From Ginglymostoma cirratum (lineage: Eukaryota), in NCBI GenBank assembly GCA_024137785.1, contig JAHRHZ010000217.1, positions 4,235,349 to 4,299,348 on the forward strand: 64,000 nt of DNA, given 5' to 3'. The notes below the pieces were generated by a model, which saw only the letters and a program-made list of their open reading frames with translations, had not been told where the DNA came from and ran no database searches. Shown piece after piece: positions 38,590 to 52,802 of the stretch. The stretch's first letter is position 1. Each line of letters opens with the position of its first letter. The translations under genes were made by a program, and so were the position numbers.

Positions 38590-39300
38590 AAATTGAATGC
38601 TAGCCTTTATTTCAAATGAGTATAAAAGTAGGGAAGTGTTACTTAAACTATAAAAGGGAATATTCAGACCACAGCTGGAATACTGTGAACAGTCTGGGGA
38701 TCCTTATCTAAGGAAAGATTTACCAGCATTGGAGGAAGTTCAGTGAAAGTTCACGAGGCTGATATCACATGTATCCCGGAGTGTCTCCAGAAACATCACA
38801 TGCAGTATGAGACATCGCAGTACAGAGGATATGACCTTGTACATGATATGAAGAGACTGTTGTGTGAGGAGAAGTTGAGTGGTTGGGCCTGTGTCATTGG
38901 AATATCAAAGAATGAGAGGCAACATTATTAAAATATACAAGATTCTGCAGGAATGTAGCAGAGTAGATGCAGAGAATTTGTTTCCCTTTGTGGGATAGTC
39001 TAGCATCAGAGAGGAATAACTCAGAATAAATGGGGTTTATATTTAAAACAGAGATGAAGAGAAATTTATTTTCTGAGAGCGTAGTGTATCTGTGGAATTC
39101 TTTACCCCAGAGGACTATTGAAGTTGCGTCATCAAGTATGTTCAAGGCTGAGATAGATAACTTTCTAATCAGCAAAGGAATCAACAATCATGAGGAAAAA
39201 CTGGAAAGTGGAATTGAAGATGATCAGATCAGCCATGATCTCATTAATGGAGCAGAGTGATGGGCTGAATGGTCTACTTCTGCTTCTACATCTTATGGAC
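38590..39300 (+). mobile_element. CR1-clade LINE 3' fragment
   Basis: FKTEMKRNLFSESVVYLWNSLPQR and a CR1 3' UTR. Confidence 0.85.
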
Positions 39301-42300
39301 TGAAAGGGTTGTTGGCTGGCAGTAGAATTAAGCTCAAAGGTAATTTTGTGAAACATAGGAGATCCAATTCATATTCCAGTTCAAACCTGAGAAAATATAT
39401 TGCTAGCATTTTGTTGGTCATATGTATGAAAATGCTGGTGTTGGACATCCCCCATACTTTACCTGTTTTGAAATGCAGGAATGTGCAGTGTTAAAGGCAG
39501 CATTGTTTCAATGTAGTTGGAATATAATACCAGTATACTATTGTAGACATCAAATAGCTCATGATTATGTTTTCTGTGTATCTCATGCATTGATGAGCCA
39601 TTGAATGACTTTTAAGGGTGTTAAAGTAGAAGGTATATTTGATACTTGTATTTCGAATGCCACTTACAATGTTTTGCTTTCCTCAGTGTTGTCTTAGTTA
39701 TGATATTAACTACATGAAATACAGGACATCATATGTAGTAGGAAACATGATGGAAGAGAAAAACAGAAGAGGCTCTGTCATTTGTGAGGTGGGAAGGATG
39801 GAAAATAGGGAAAACGTTGAGAAAACTTTACCCCTCCAGACGTGTCCCATCTTTGCTCTTTTTTCTTGGTTGTCTCGAACGTGTTTGGTTTTAAACAGAT
39901 TCAAAAGTTCAATATGGAAGACATTGGCTGTATTTTCCAAAGCATTTCAATCGAATGAGGATTAACTCAAGAAGAAAATGTGCGTAGATTTGAAACGAAA
40001 GGCGAAAGGATTGCAAACTTAAATATTACAAAACAACAGGATGTTAGTCTCGAGGGATAAACAGGTTAATTATATCAGCTGCGATCTGAAAAATAAAGAA
40101 GGAAAGATTTGTCAGTTTACAAGTTTCGCTTCATTAGATACGAAGAGCAAGACTTGTTTTGATATAAAGAAACGTGTCCATTAAACTCCGAAGGTGAAAT
40201 TTGCAGATAATTTAGGGAAATAGTCGGGGATGTCTATTAAATGCGTGTATTTATCGCAATTTGAAAATACACAAAGCCCGCTTTACAACCGGGAACAAGA
40301 ATGGGATCGTGTAAATAAGCCACGGAACCGACAGCCGAACGTGCTCTCCATTCAAAGCTGTATATAGGCATCCTCACAAGTTATATCAACTTCTGTCTTG
40401 GATGAACAGGGCAGTACTCAAAGACCTTCGCCCCGCTGCGATTGGATTTCAGAACAAAAGAAGTGTTTGTTGATTTTAGCAAACAGTGGGCGTTTGTCAG
40501 CCATGCAAACGGTAGAGAAAAGGAGCGGGATCGGGGGAAACAAAGCTACACCGCGGCGAGCCAATAGCAGTAGGCTTCTGCAACGTAAATATTAGGCAAC
40601 TTGGAAGAATTTTAGGACATGTCCTCCTGCTAGGGTGGTTGCACTGTACGTATCAGGCCGCCGTTGAAATGCGGTGTACTGTTTGACTAACTCAGTTACA
40701 AGGTCAGAATCAAACGGCATGTGATCCCCCAATCGCAGCCGCGAAGACCCTACACGTGCTGGTTGTAGTTGGCATTTTTTTAAAACGACACGGTGCTGGC
40801 GATCCTGTTCCCAGCTCACGTCCGCAGTATGCAACAGCTCAGTGATCAGTAATTTGCTTTCAGATTTCTGCATAGTAATTACTGATGTGGGACTAGGATG
40901 GGAACCTCGTATTTGCATTGCAGTAGCTTCTTTAATTTAACCTGTATAGACATAAAAGCAATTTTGAAGAGAGATGAGTGCATGATAAACGTGGATCGCC
41001 TCCCTCTCCTCGCTGCCGTGCTGAACTGTCTACTCCCATTTGTAGCTCTTCAAGTTCTCTGACTGACGCGGCGCCCCTCGGATGAATAGAGTCGTGACGT
41101 TGCGAGCTACTTGAGGATTAGAGTTGCATTGCTAACGCCAGCTTTCATACTGAATACTGCACTGTGCGGCCACGGAAGCAGCTCCTCCCTCAGTGTGCAG
41201 CTCCAGTGGTGCCAGGCCATGTTGACTAAATAAACTGTTTGTTTCCTAAACGGGTTACAGTGGTACAATGTCTCAAATTCGATTTAAGTGCTTTGCTGTC
41301 GATATGTTTTGTTTGTGTATCTCATGGTGGCACCTGTTTCCTTGTTCCCTGTCTAACTGTTGAGCCACTTGTCCGACCAGCCCGCAAGTCAGATTGAAGG
41401 GGAAAGGTGACATGTAAAAGCTGAGAGTTGCTGCTTCGTTAATTATACCTGACGCGACTTCATTCCACGGTTTTATTGGGTTTTTTTGTAACATGGGTTA
41501 CAGCTCCATTTTCCTGGCAAGAGTTTGGTTACCAATAAAGCTCATGTCAATCGAGCCTCTCCTTGTCAGTGCAAAACCCACTGGACTGCCAACTGTGTGT
41601 AAGAAAGCATTTTCGTGTTTACTTAGACAAGCGTTGCCAATAGAACATGCAGTAACAAGCGCACGTCAATAGCATCTGCCTCCGTGTCAAACCGAAGCGT
41701 GGAGTGTTTCTCCATACAAATTAAATCAATTAACCACACCGCTCCTCAGATTGAAAAATACTTAAAATGGCCGTGTTCTGATTGCATTTGTAATAGCCGG
41801 AATTGGTAATAATAGTGATCAGCTTTTGTCCTGCCACTCAAGTTTGATATTTTGATCAGTTGACTGAAGGAAAGGACTTTGAGTGGATGGAATGCCTAAA
41901 GTGAAAAGTAAATCATACAGTGATGTCAAGTATTTGCCTCAATAGCCCAAAGAAGGAGTAAACTCTAATCACTTGTGATTTATTTTTTCCATAAACCACC
42001 TAATCCCATTGTGTGCCCCATGTGCACTACATGTTGACTGATTTTATGAGTTTATTTAAGGTTTTTTTCAGAACCATATGATGACTTTCTTTATTCTGTG
42101 GGGATCACCTGTCACAGAGAGCTGTTGCCTGTCCGATGATACAGAATTAAACTCTAATGCATTCGGGCAAGATAGAGTTATTTTGATGTAATTGCAGGAG
42201 TTGAAAGCCAGACCAGCAAACAGCTGTGAGCAAGATGTTTTCTAATAGTTTTCAAGCAGTGGATCGTATGTAAGATATTCAATAAGAAATCAGTGCATGG

Positions 42301-45300
42301 AGGTTGGTACATAAAATTCTACTCTCAGCATTATTTGCCACATTATAAACTTCTAGTTTCATAATTTGTTTGATCCCTATTATTATCAATAGTCATTATG
42401 AATGTCTGATATGAAGATAATTGGAAAGTGTTGGTTAACTTCCTTAAGTATATGGTATTTCATACATTGAAATGTTTTCTTAATTTTAATATATGAAACC
42501 ACTGTGATTTCAATTGATTTTAAAAGATCCATGTTTTGTTGCTGGAGAATAGATTTATATGTCTATTTATTTCTCATTAATGCACTCTAGCTACTTGTTT
42601 GCTTGAATACGCATCCCTTAAATAAAAACAGGCCTCTAATAGTTTTAATAGCCAGGGGAGTTCAGTAATAATTAAATAAGGTTTTGTAGAATTATTCCCA
42701 TGCCAACACTGCAACTGCCATTTAACCTCTTATGTCCTCTTTGTTTTGTTTCTGTTTTTACTCTCTTTGATCATTGTTTCCTTGTTCGACTGCCTTAATT
42801 TTTCTTTTTTTTGAAGTGGAGGCACTTGGTTACATATGGTAGGCTTAGTGAACAAATATGCTTTGAATACAAGCAAGCTGTTCTCGTGGCACTGTACAGT
42901 GAGCCCTGTCTGCTTGCTGAGACAAATTGTGCCACAATCTCATTCATTATTTCTAAATTGATAATATCATACTAGTCCATTCCATGTAGCTAAATAAATG
43001 TTCTAATCGCCCAATCCATCTTGTTGAGCTAATGATGCCAGACTGGATCTCACTTTGAATTTGATTGGTATACTGATTGCATTACAAAAAAAGCTTTTCT
43101 TATTAAAGATATGAATGCCCAATACAGGATAAGAAAATGGGAGTACTTTTGACAATCATAATTTTGATTGCTTTTTAAGTTGAATTTTGTCAAACTGTAA
43201 TTTATAAATCATGTTGATTTGCAGGTGAATAAATTATACGTATGCGTATGAGGTAGTAGAAGATATCAGTCTTAGTTATAGAAAGAATGATGCAATGGAT
43301 AAATCAGTTGTAATAGCAATAGTGACGATATACATTTTCCTTCAAGCCCTGGATTTATTCGAGTTTTGATTGTGCATTGCTCAAATGTTACTGTTTCACT
43401 AATCATGAATCCACTATATGCTGTGATTTTAAGCTTTATTCTTGGATCAGGCGGGATTGTCTGTACCTTACACTGCCAGAAATCAAAAAGAAATATTATT
43501 TATGGGATAAGTCCTGCTACTTTCTTATTGACTTACTAGGTATCAGACATGGAATTCATAAGGATTCATACATTTAGCAATAGATTGCCACATGTAAAGT
43601 ATTCTACATTTTTTTTACCATTAAAAAGACATTTACGTACTGCCCACTTCTATTGAGCTAAAAACACAGGAGGATGTGAAGAGTGGCTGAATACAGGATT
43701 AGAGGGAATGCTTTTCCTCTGCAGATGTGTGTGATTTTTAAGAGGACAACTGCCCCTCAAAGCAAATACAAATTAGCCAACATTATGGCATTGCTAACAT
43801 GACCTGCAAATTACTTCTGAATAGGTTATCTCAGGTAACTATTTCTCCAAAAGCAGAATTATTCTCAAAAAGCTTTCTAGAGTTGAATCATTATTAATGA
43901 GTCAGTGATTTTTTAAACACATAGAGGTACCATCATAACTGGATTGTTGTGGGTTTGGCATTACTGGTCGCTGATTAACACAAAAAGATCTGTTTAATGT
44001 ACTCTGGGTGATGAATATTGTGTAAAACACTTGCCACCCCATGATTATATTTTATGAAATATGGTACCTCACCAAGCTATATTGTTAATCTTTCAACCCC
44101 TTCCTTGAAGCATATACAACAGCTATTTACCAAACCAGTTTCCCTTCTGTCACACAGATTTTTTACGCATACCTCTCTCCTTGATAAACAACTTATAAGT
44201 CACATCAAAAGTGTTAAATTTATTTTGAGAGGACACAGACCAACAACAAAAGCTCTTAGATTTGTGCAGAAATGCCTGCTGTCATCTCTTGTCTTTTTTG
44301 CCTTGTACTCATCAGCCATATGGTGGTGAGGCTCAGTTTTCATGTCTTAATTTCAATGTCAATGCTTTTTCTCAGTATCATCACAGTTTTTTTGGTGACA
44401 TGACCATGATATCTGAAACAATCTTGTAAGAGGAGTAAGCATTTTACCTGTTTCTGTTGGCATAGACTTTTTTTTATTATGCTTGATAAATCTCTTCAGT
44501 GGAAGTCCCAGAGGAGAGAAGAGGCAGGTTGTAAATAGAGAGCTAGGTTTAATTACATGGCTCTAGGCACTTCAGTAGCATGAGCACTGGTAGGATGGCG
44601 ACAGGGCTATTTGAGCTGGTATGAAATTATATTACATATATCTGTTCATTTCCTATGCTTGTACTAACTCGCAATTTGACAGATAAAGTGGATCGATTTT
44701 ATGAACACCCGAGATGTGAGCACTTTTGTTTTAGGGCAGACCATTTTTAGGTAATTAAATCTTCTTAGGAAATTTCATTTCAGAAAATGGAGACTCCCTG
44801 TCAATTTAATTTATTTGTAGGAGGTGGGGTTTGAATACTTCTGAATATTGAGTGCTGGTAAGCAATGGGAAGATTGCTTTCGAGGAGATACTTACTGCCT
44901 TCACATTTTTAAACCTCAAATATCTTCATTGTTATACTCATTTCACCTTCTGCTAGTGGTTAAAGTGCTTCAGGGCATTTGGCAAGCTGCATTTCCTTCA
45001 GACTTTAACTTTTGCCACTAATGTAAAAGGTAGAGCAGTGTATTCAAAATGGCAGAAAATAAATGAAAATGGATTTTTGTTTTGCTTCTGTACTTGTTTT
45101 TTATTGTTTTATAAATGGATAGTTCACATTTAATAACATGAACCCAGCAAGAATGGTATCTCAATGCAGGAAAAAATTCTTAATTGGTCTCTCGATTCTA
45201 CACCTCTCTTTGTGTAAAATTATTTTCCTACAGTTGAATAGCATCAGCGTATCACTACATATTTACATTAGAACTGCTCCTCTTTCCAAAAGAAACTGTA

Positions 45301-46660
45301 ATTCCTCTTGTAAGTTTGAACTAACAATGCCATCAGCAGGGGCCTTTTAAATCTAAATATAAAAACAGTTAGAAATGTGAAAAAAGTTATTGGATCAAAT
45401 AATAAAGCTCATTTATAATCTTTTCAACTGTCGTTTTGAAAGTGCTTTGACAGTGAACTTCAGGACTGACATTTTCTTTTGCATGTCAGTGTTCCATTGT
45501 CATGCACGTTAAAGTTTGACCTTAATGGACATTGATTAGTGAATTCCACTGTGATTTTGACTTGTAAAGTGCTCCCAGTAATAAGGTGCCCCCGGTTATT
45601 TAAAATGTTCTTTCCATTTTTTTCCTGTCTTCTCCCCTTGCAGGCCGTTCACCGAGGTGCATCCTCCTCCAGCTGGGGGAGAGCAGGACGGTCCAGGATT
45701 CAGACTTCTCTACGACTGCCGTCAATGCAGCTCTGTGAGCGGCTGGCAGGAGGTGCGATTTGAGCAGGGTGCGTTGGACAATGACACTTCTCTCTCTTTC
45801 CCCTCCCTCCATAATCCCTCCCCGGGAATGGAACTTCTTGCTTTCACATAACACTTCTTCTAGGGGTCTTGTCGAGAACTGAGGAAATTCAACCAACTGA
45901 AACATCTGATTTTGTCTGGTAGGGAGCCCTGGGACTCAGAATGTATGTATTTCTGGCTGGGAATGAAGGATCAAACTTCTTGAGCTGCTCACTTGTCCTT
46001 GGTCTTTTTAAAGGGCAACTCACCCTAATTAAAATGAAAGATTGCTTACCCTTTAGAGTGAAGCCCTCCTAAGACCAACATTTATAGGGGAAGAAACTTT
46101 CAAAAGGATTAACTAACCTCAGATTGCAAAATAACTTCTGACGTGGCAATCCTATTGTCAGCACCTAAAATGAAGCTTTAAAAGAACATTGTCACCTTAT
46201 ACTTTGCTTTGTAACATAGTAACATCAAACAATATTCTCAGTCAGGTGGTGAATTAACTTGCCAAATAATTGCATTTTTCTTCTTTTTTTAATCTTTATG
46301 GTGATTACTTGTTAAATATCTTATCACTGTCCATTGATTGACCTATGCTATTGTGTTGTATAGACCTCTGTTGTCGTCTGATACCTAATCATATTGGAGA
46401 GTGCTTGTGTGAGTTTCTGTTGTAAGCACTGGGAAGCTATCAAAGCATGGGGGATCACTGCAGTTGAGCTTGATCATATCCTCACCTAAGGTCCAAGCAA
46501 ACCTTACAATAATATTAGAGTAGTAAGAAAATAGAGGCAAACTGGCAATTTATTTTAGTGCAGCTTCCTGAGGCCAGCTGCGACACTTTGAAACTGTGGC
46601 TCAGTTTTGCATCAGACAGCAAATTTCGCAACTTTGCAAATAGGGAATCTTTATTTTTGT

Positions 46661-46828
46661 CAACAAACAGGAGGCTGGAAGAACACAGCAAGCCAGGCAG
46701 CATCTGGAGGAAAGTAGAAATTCGGGTATTACCCTTCTTCAGAACAGTTGCTGCCTGACTTGCTGTGTTCTTCCAGCCTCCTGTTTTCTACCTTGGATTC
46801 CAAAATCTGCAGTGTTTTTGTCTCTAAC
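46661..46828. mobile_element. Fold-back element of a second PLE-derived subfamily, 12-bp TSD
   Basis: Arms 46665-46702 and 46749-46786 (37/38). The loop has minus-strand CTGAAGAAGGGTAATACCCGAA. CTTTATTTTTGT occurs at 46649-46660 and 46829-46840. Confidence 0.85.
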
Positions 46829-48039
46829 CTTTATTTTTGTAATTTTGTCTTCATCCAATAAGCTACGTTTGCACTTGGGAATTGAATACAAAGTTGGGTA
46901 CTCTGAAATTAAGGTCAGTATAGTTAGATGCAAACTAAAAGTTCCTCTGTTGTGTACTAGCAGTAGCTTAAGTGCTGACACTGTTCAGATTGTACATCTC
47001 GTAAGATATGCCATTTTGCTAGAAGTTTCCGAGCAAGCGTTCCAGTGTTTAGCAAGATTTGTTGTTTGAAATCTTCAACGGCAACAAAAACAAATCTTGA
47101 TTTATTAACATGAAAAAAACTTTGATAAAATAAAATAGAAATTGCTATTAGTTCCAACATGGATAATGAACAGTGTTAACTGCATTGAAAACACATCATA
47201 GGAATGAAATAACTCCTATTTTGGTATCGTTCAAAATGTGGGGCAATTTTTTTGAGTATTAAAATAAAATATCAGGGCCATGCAATCTCTGTAACTAGAT
47301 GCTGTTAACCATATTATTATATAATGTTTTCAAAGGGTGTTGCAGACATCCAATAGCAGGTAAAATGTGATCATCAAACAAAGAATACATTGAAATCCAT
47401 CTTCAAAACACTTCCTAGAATCCATAGCCTTATGCTCAAATCTGCAATACTTAAAAAGAAGTGAAAATGAAAATGAAAGTCAATGAATATATTGCCATTC
47501 ATATTTAACTAATAAAATCATCATTAACTAAGTGAAAATGTTATATTCTAGTGTTGCTCCTTCATGGAATGTAGGGGTCATATATTCTATCATGTGTATT
47601 CAATTGCTTTTTGATGGTGGGTTTATGCAATTTCTGCAATAATTTATCAAATGGTAAAAACTATCTATTTTTAAGTATAGACTCAAGTTACAACTTGAGA
47701 GCAAAGTCCACTTATTTGGAAGGTTACTGTATGCTCAAATTTCTTCCCTTTACACGTCTGTTGGATTGGATTTGTGATAAACGAAAACGCTTGATTAAAG
47801 ACATCTAAAGTAAAGATTTTGAAAGAGATGGTAAAAATTCACTTGAATTTATAACATATCAATGATCCTATTCTGTGCACAGTTCCTTTCCTATTTAAAA
47901 TTTTTATGTTTGTGTTTATAATAGAAGCTGACTCTATAATCTTTTTTATGATGTATTACAAAGTAGTTGCAGCCCAGAAGATCTGTCAGTGATTATGCTC
48001 CACACAAACATCTTCCCACCCTTCTTAATTTAACCCCAT

Positions 48040-49400
48040 GGACAAATTATTTTCTTTCCTCCCTTAGAGCACACAGGAGAGTAATCAGCCTATCAAGACT
48101 GAGCTGGACTTCTGAAGGAACAATTCACTTATTGTCACACCCCAGCCTTTGTCTCATTATCTGACACATTTTCCTTTTCAAATAATGATCCAGTTCCTTT
48201 TTAAAATTCCCATTTGACCCTGCCTCCACTATACTTGGAGGCAGTGCATTTCAGTCTCTTAGCCATGTGTTGCATAGAAAAGATTTTTCTTGTGTCCGCA
48301 TTGCTTCTTTTTGCCCAATAATATGAACCTGTGGCCCCTGGTTGTTGATCTTTCTCCCAATGGGAACGGTTGCTTCCTTTCTACTCTGCCCAGACCCCTC
48401 AAGATTTCATATACCTCCATTAAGTCTCTGCTCATCCATCTTTTCTCTAAGGAGAGCTATCTCAACCTCTCCAATCATTCTATGTAACTGGAGTTTCTAA
48501 TCCCTGCAGCCGTTCCCTTGACCTTTTCTGCACCCTCATTATGCCTTTGTGTTGGTCCTGAGGGGTGGTGGCCAAAAGTGGATGAAATACTCCCAGTTAG
48601 TGTTCTTTACAGGTCTGACATAATGTCCTCGCTTTTGTCCTCTACGTCCCTGTTGGGAAAACCTAGAATGTTGCAGACTTTATTAACCACTTCTAAACCT
48701 GTACTGTCAACGTTCTAGGTATAAATACACCCAGCTTCCACTGTTTGTGTGCTTCTTAAGAATTTACCATTTTGTTTTATTTTGTCTTTGCTACTTGTCC
48801 GCCATTCCACCATCCCGTCTGTTTCTTTTCGATGTTTTACACCAGTATTGTCATGATTCACAATACTTCAAAGTTTTGAATCATCTCCACATTTTGAAAT
48901 TGTGCCCTGGACATCAACATCTCGGTCAATAATATTTATCAAGAAAAGCAGGTGCCTAATACAAATCTGTGGGAAACACTTATAAACCCTCCTGCAATTT
49001 GAATAACAAGCAATCATCGCTACACTTCATTTCCTGTTACTCAACCAAGTTTTGTATCCATGTTGCAACCACCCCTTTTATTCCTTGAGCTCTAACTTTG
49101 CTTACAAGTCTGTTGTGTGGCACTTTATCAAATGCCTTTTGGTAGTCCATCCACAACACATTAATAGGATTAATCTCATCAGTCCTCTCTGATAGCTCAA
49201 CAAAACCTCAAGCAAATTAGTTAAAAATTATTTGCTCTTAACAAATCCATGCTGTGTTTCCGCAATTGCATTAGCCCAACTGACTATTCAAATTTTCCTG
49301 AATGATCCTTTCTGAAAGCTTTCCCACCACCAATGTTAATATGATTGATCTGCAGTTGCTGGGTTTATTTGCACACCCAGTTTTGAATAAATGACATTTG
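48040..49400 (-). mobile_element. Degraded CR1-clade LINE
   Basis: Antisense DYQKAFDKVPHNRL at ~49105-49147 and a CR1-like 3' region at 48160-48500. Confidence 0.75.
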
Positions 49401-49489
49401 CACATCCTTCATGCAATCCCTCTGTGATGCTGTATGCCCTATACACAAGAGAGGATTGTGATGAATAATCTACTCTGGGAGGACAAGGA

Positions 49490-49730
49490 GGATTATATAT
49501 GCAAGACACATTGGGAGAGGTGGGCTCGATATATCAGATACACCAGCAATGGAAGGAGACATAGGTGCATCAGAGAAGGGGAGAGATATTCCAGTTATAC
49601 CAGGGAGAAGGCATTGATGTAACAGGCACACAAGGGAGGGGCCATTACAGTGGGGAATGGAAATTTATATATCAGGTACAACAGAAGGATATGTGATATG
49701 CCAGCTGCACTGGAATGGGGTGATATACAA
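49490..49730. repeat. Decayed ~27-32 bp tandem repeat (GATATRYCAGNTACACNRGGGARRGG-like)
   Basis: Recurring GATATATCAGATACACC, GATATTCCAGTTATACC, TATATCAGGTACAAC and GATATGCCAGCTGCAC, each followed by purine runs. Confidence 0.5.
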
Positions 49731-52700
49731 AGTAACTTTGGGTTAAATGTTTCTGTGCTATTTATCTGAACTATTACTTACTTTCAGATTTGAATCACCC
49801 TCTGGGTAAAGCAGTTTCTCTCCAATTCCTTGTTGGATTGACTTGTGAATATATTACACTTTTGACCCCTTTACAATCAATGTCAAAAACCTCTATCAGG
49901 CCAGTCTTCACTTTTTTACAGAGAAGATCCTGAACCTGTTTAGTTTTTCTTGATGGGAATAACCTCTTGCTTCGAAAATCATTCTTGTCATTCCATTTCT
50001 TACCTAGTGAAGACACTGCGCAACAGTGAAAGCCAATGATTAAAATTTGACTAATTTTCACAGTCAGTTTTCATTAATAATAGATTATATATGTATGGGA
50101 ATATGCAGTAAGAGAATAACTGAATTGGTTATTGAATGATGCCCAATATCACCGACATCTAATCATGCTGCATTTGGGAAACTACACTTAATATTTCTTT
50201 ACTGTGTACAAGGGAGATTAATCAGTATTTTAATTTTAGATTAAAGAGAAATTAATTAGGCTTAGATGTTTATGGTGTGCAGTATATAAAGGGTATGGTA
50301 AGTGTTGAGTTAGTACAAAATACCCTATAGATGCTAGGCCTCCAAAGAAGGAAGTAACAGTTGGATTACATGTTTAAAGATTAAGGATAAAGGTAATTGT
50401 TGGCATGCATACATTTAAGTAAAGAACATGACATTTGATCTTGACGGCGTGGCATTAAAGCATTCCAAACATTTATTCTTGAATTGCTTTCTATTCTCCT
50501 GCTGAAATCTTTTGTTGAAGACTTTCCTTTGGACCTTGGAAGGAAGACATTTCAGTGAAAAGGATGAAAGCAGTAATCTCAGTGTAGAGCATGTCCACTA
50601 GCTACCAATTATTTGAATATCGTTGGTATGTTTGTAAACTAATCACCTCATTTTTTTTTATTCTTCACACAGTCCTCAGCAAAAGAACATTTCAAACAAA
50701 CTTAATTAGAAATGTTCAACTAATATTCAGCAATTATGTTCACATCTGTATTGACGTGGATATACTCTGTAAAGACCCCTTCTGTCTGCCTGATGTTATA
50801 AGAGCATTTCTGCTGCACTTTTGAACACATATGTAATTTGAAGTATTAATTTAAACCGATGACTTTTGTGTAAAGAAAATAGCAGTAATGAAATTAAGAA
50901 TTTGTCAAATCAAAACAAATTTGTTAAATAAAAACTAGGTGTTCCACCATGTCTGAGAAGGTGCTGTTATCAGATTATGAGTCATTACTAATTGCCATTG
51001 TATATCTTCTACCCAAGTAGGCATTGGGAGAATCTTTTATTCCGTTATGCCTGGGATATGTCACATGGCCCAGATTAACCTAATGCTGAAAAAGGAAGGG
51101 GAAAATACATATTTAAAGTAAGCAAGGAAAATTAACTGTGTTCAATACAGCAGGGTAAGAATGTATCTTTTTAAACTATCCATAAATGTATTCCTTCCTT
51201 GCAACAAAATTGTCCCAATTGTCTCATGGATGTTTCACAAAAGTCCACCCCGAAGTTTGAGGGTAATCTTGCACTTTATTGTCTTTCCTGTTTGTCAAGT
51301 CTAAACCTGTTAAATTAATAAAGTTTGGTGTTACTTTTAATGCTTACTGTGCTGTGTTCTGAAAGATATATTTAAAGAAAATGAGTACTGAAAAATTTGA
51401 GGAAAGTTGATATCGACATTGAAGGCTAGAGTCTCTAATAGGAGTACTTCTTGTTCAAAGTCAAAACTCTTGCAGTTGGAACTCTTTTAGTAGTTTATGT
51501 GTAAGAGCGTAATTTGATGTGGCATTCATTCAGATAGATCCAGATTGACCCAGGTTTAATAGATTATTTCTCCTGCATTAGTTGCTCTCACCGATAGTCA
51601 GAGCTGGGATGTTCCAAAGTACTTAATTGTCTAGGATTGTGGTCGTTGATGGCTGCATACCTACATCCAATATGGTAATAAGCTGTACATTGGTTTACCA
51701 GTTGAGCATTAGACCTTAGTGCACAATGTGCTAATCATCATAATTTAACTTATATAGCATTTAATAGCATGGGTCACCTGATTTGAGCTGAAGTGGTTGT
51801 GAAGGTGGTCCAATTTAGGTCAGTACCCCTGATGTTGAAGAGTTGAAAAATCAGCCAAGTAGTTCCATTTTTCCAAGACCCAATGACCCCTGTCTGCTAC
51901 ATACATATCTGAACATTGGGAGGGGACTAGATGGATGTCTGATTGTTAAATGAAATATGAATTTCTCATGGAGATTGAACACTTGTGTGAGGTAAAGAGG
52001 AGCTGCTGGCACCCGTTGAGCCATATTTTATCAAGAACAAGAATCTCAGCAAAGGTGAGAAGGAATTGGTATAGGGGATTATCCAAGTGGGTTAGTTCCA
52101 AGAGAATTACCAGTACTTGGGAGAAAATACTCCAGTGAGAATTAACATCTTCATGCGAAATGCAAACTGATGAAGGGAGACCATACAATGGTGATACGTC
52201 CCATTAGGTTTTGAAAAATTCTCCAGTTTAATTTGTACTATCTTCTGGTATCTCACACAAGTCATTGTTTTTCATTTGTGAATTGAATATTGTTTGTAGG
52301 CTGTTTGACAATAGGTTAAGTTCAGTCCTGATCACACCTACTGTATTCAAACACACACACATAACATAGACACACATACAATGGAAATTGTAGTTGTTCA
52401 TTCAGCTTTGCAGAGCATGGTGCTGAGATCAGCTGTATACTGTTATACTAGTTCAAGTGAACTCATCTGGCAGTTGGAGCAGGCATAGTTTTAGTTTTCA
52501 AGCATAGCTTCTTGTTTTTTTTTACCAACTGAGCCATTATAGAACTCAGAAACTGTAAGTAATTTTGATATTTATCTTTTCTTCTTCACATTTCTGTGAG
52601 ACAGCAGGTGATATTTTCCTGATTTTATGATGCTATATAAATGAAGGTGATTTATGATCATCAAACTTTGATGTGAAGTCATATAATCAGTTATTATGTG

Positions 52701-52802
52701 GTTGAGAATTGTGGCGTTTCAATTTTAAAATGATCGTTACCCAAATTTCCATTCTAATCTGATAGGTTATGACTACTTGGATTGGATATTCACTATGCAA
52801 CT

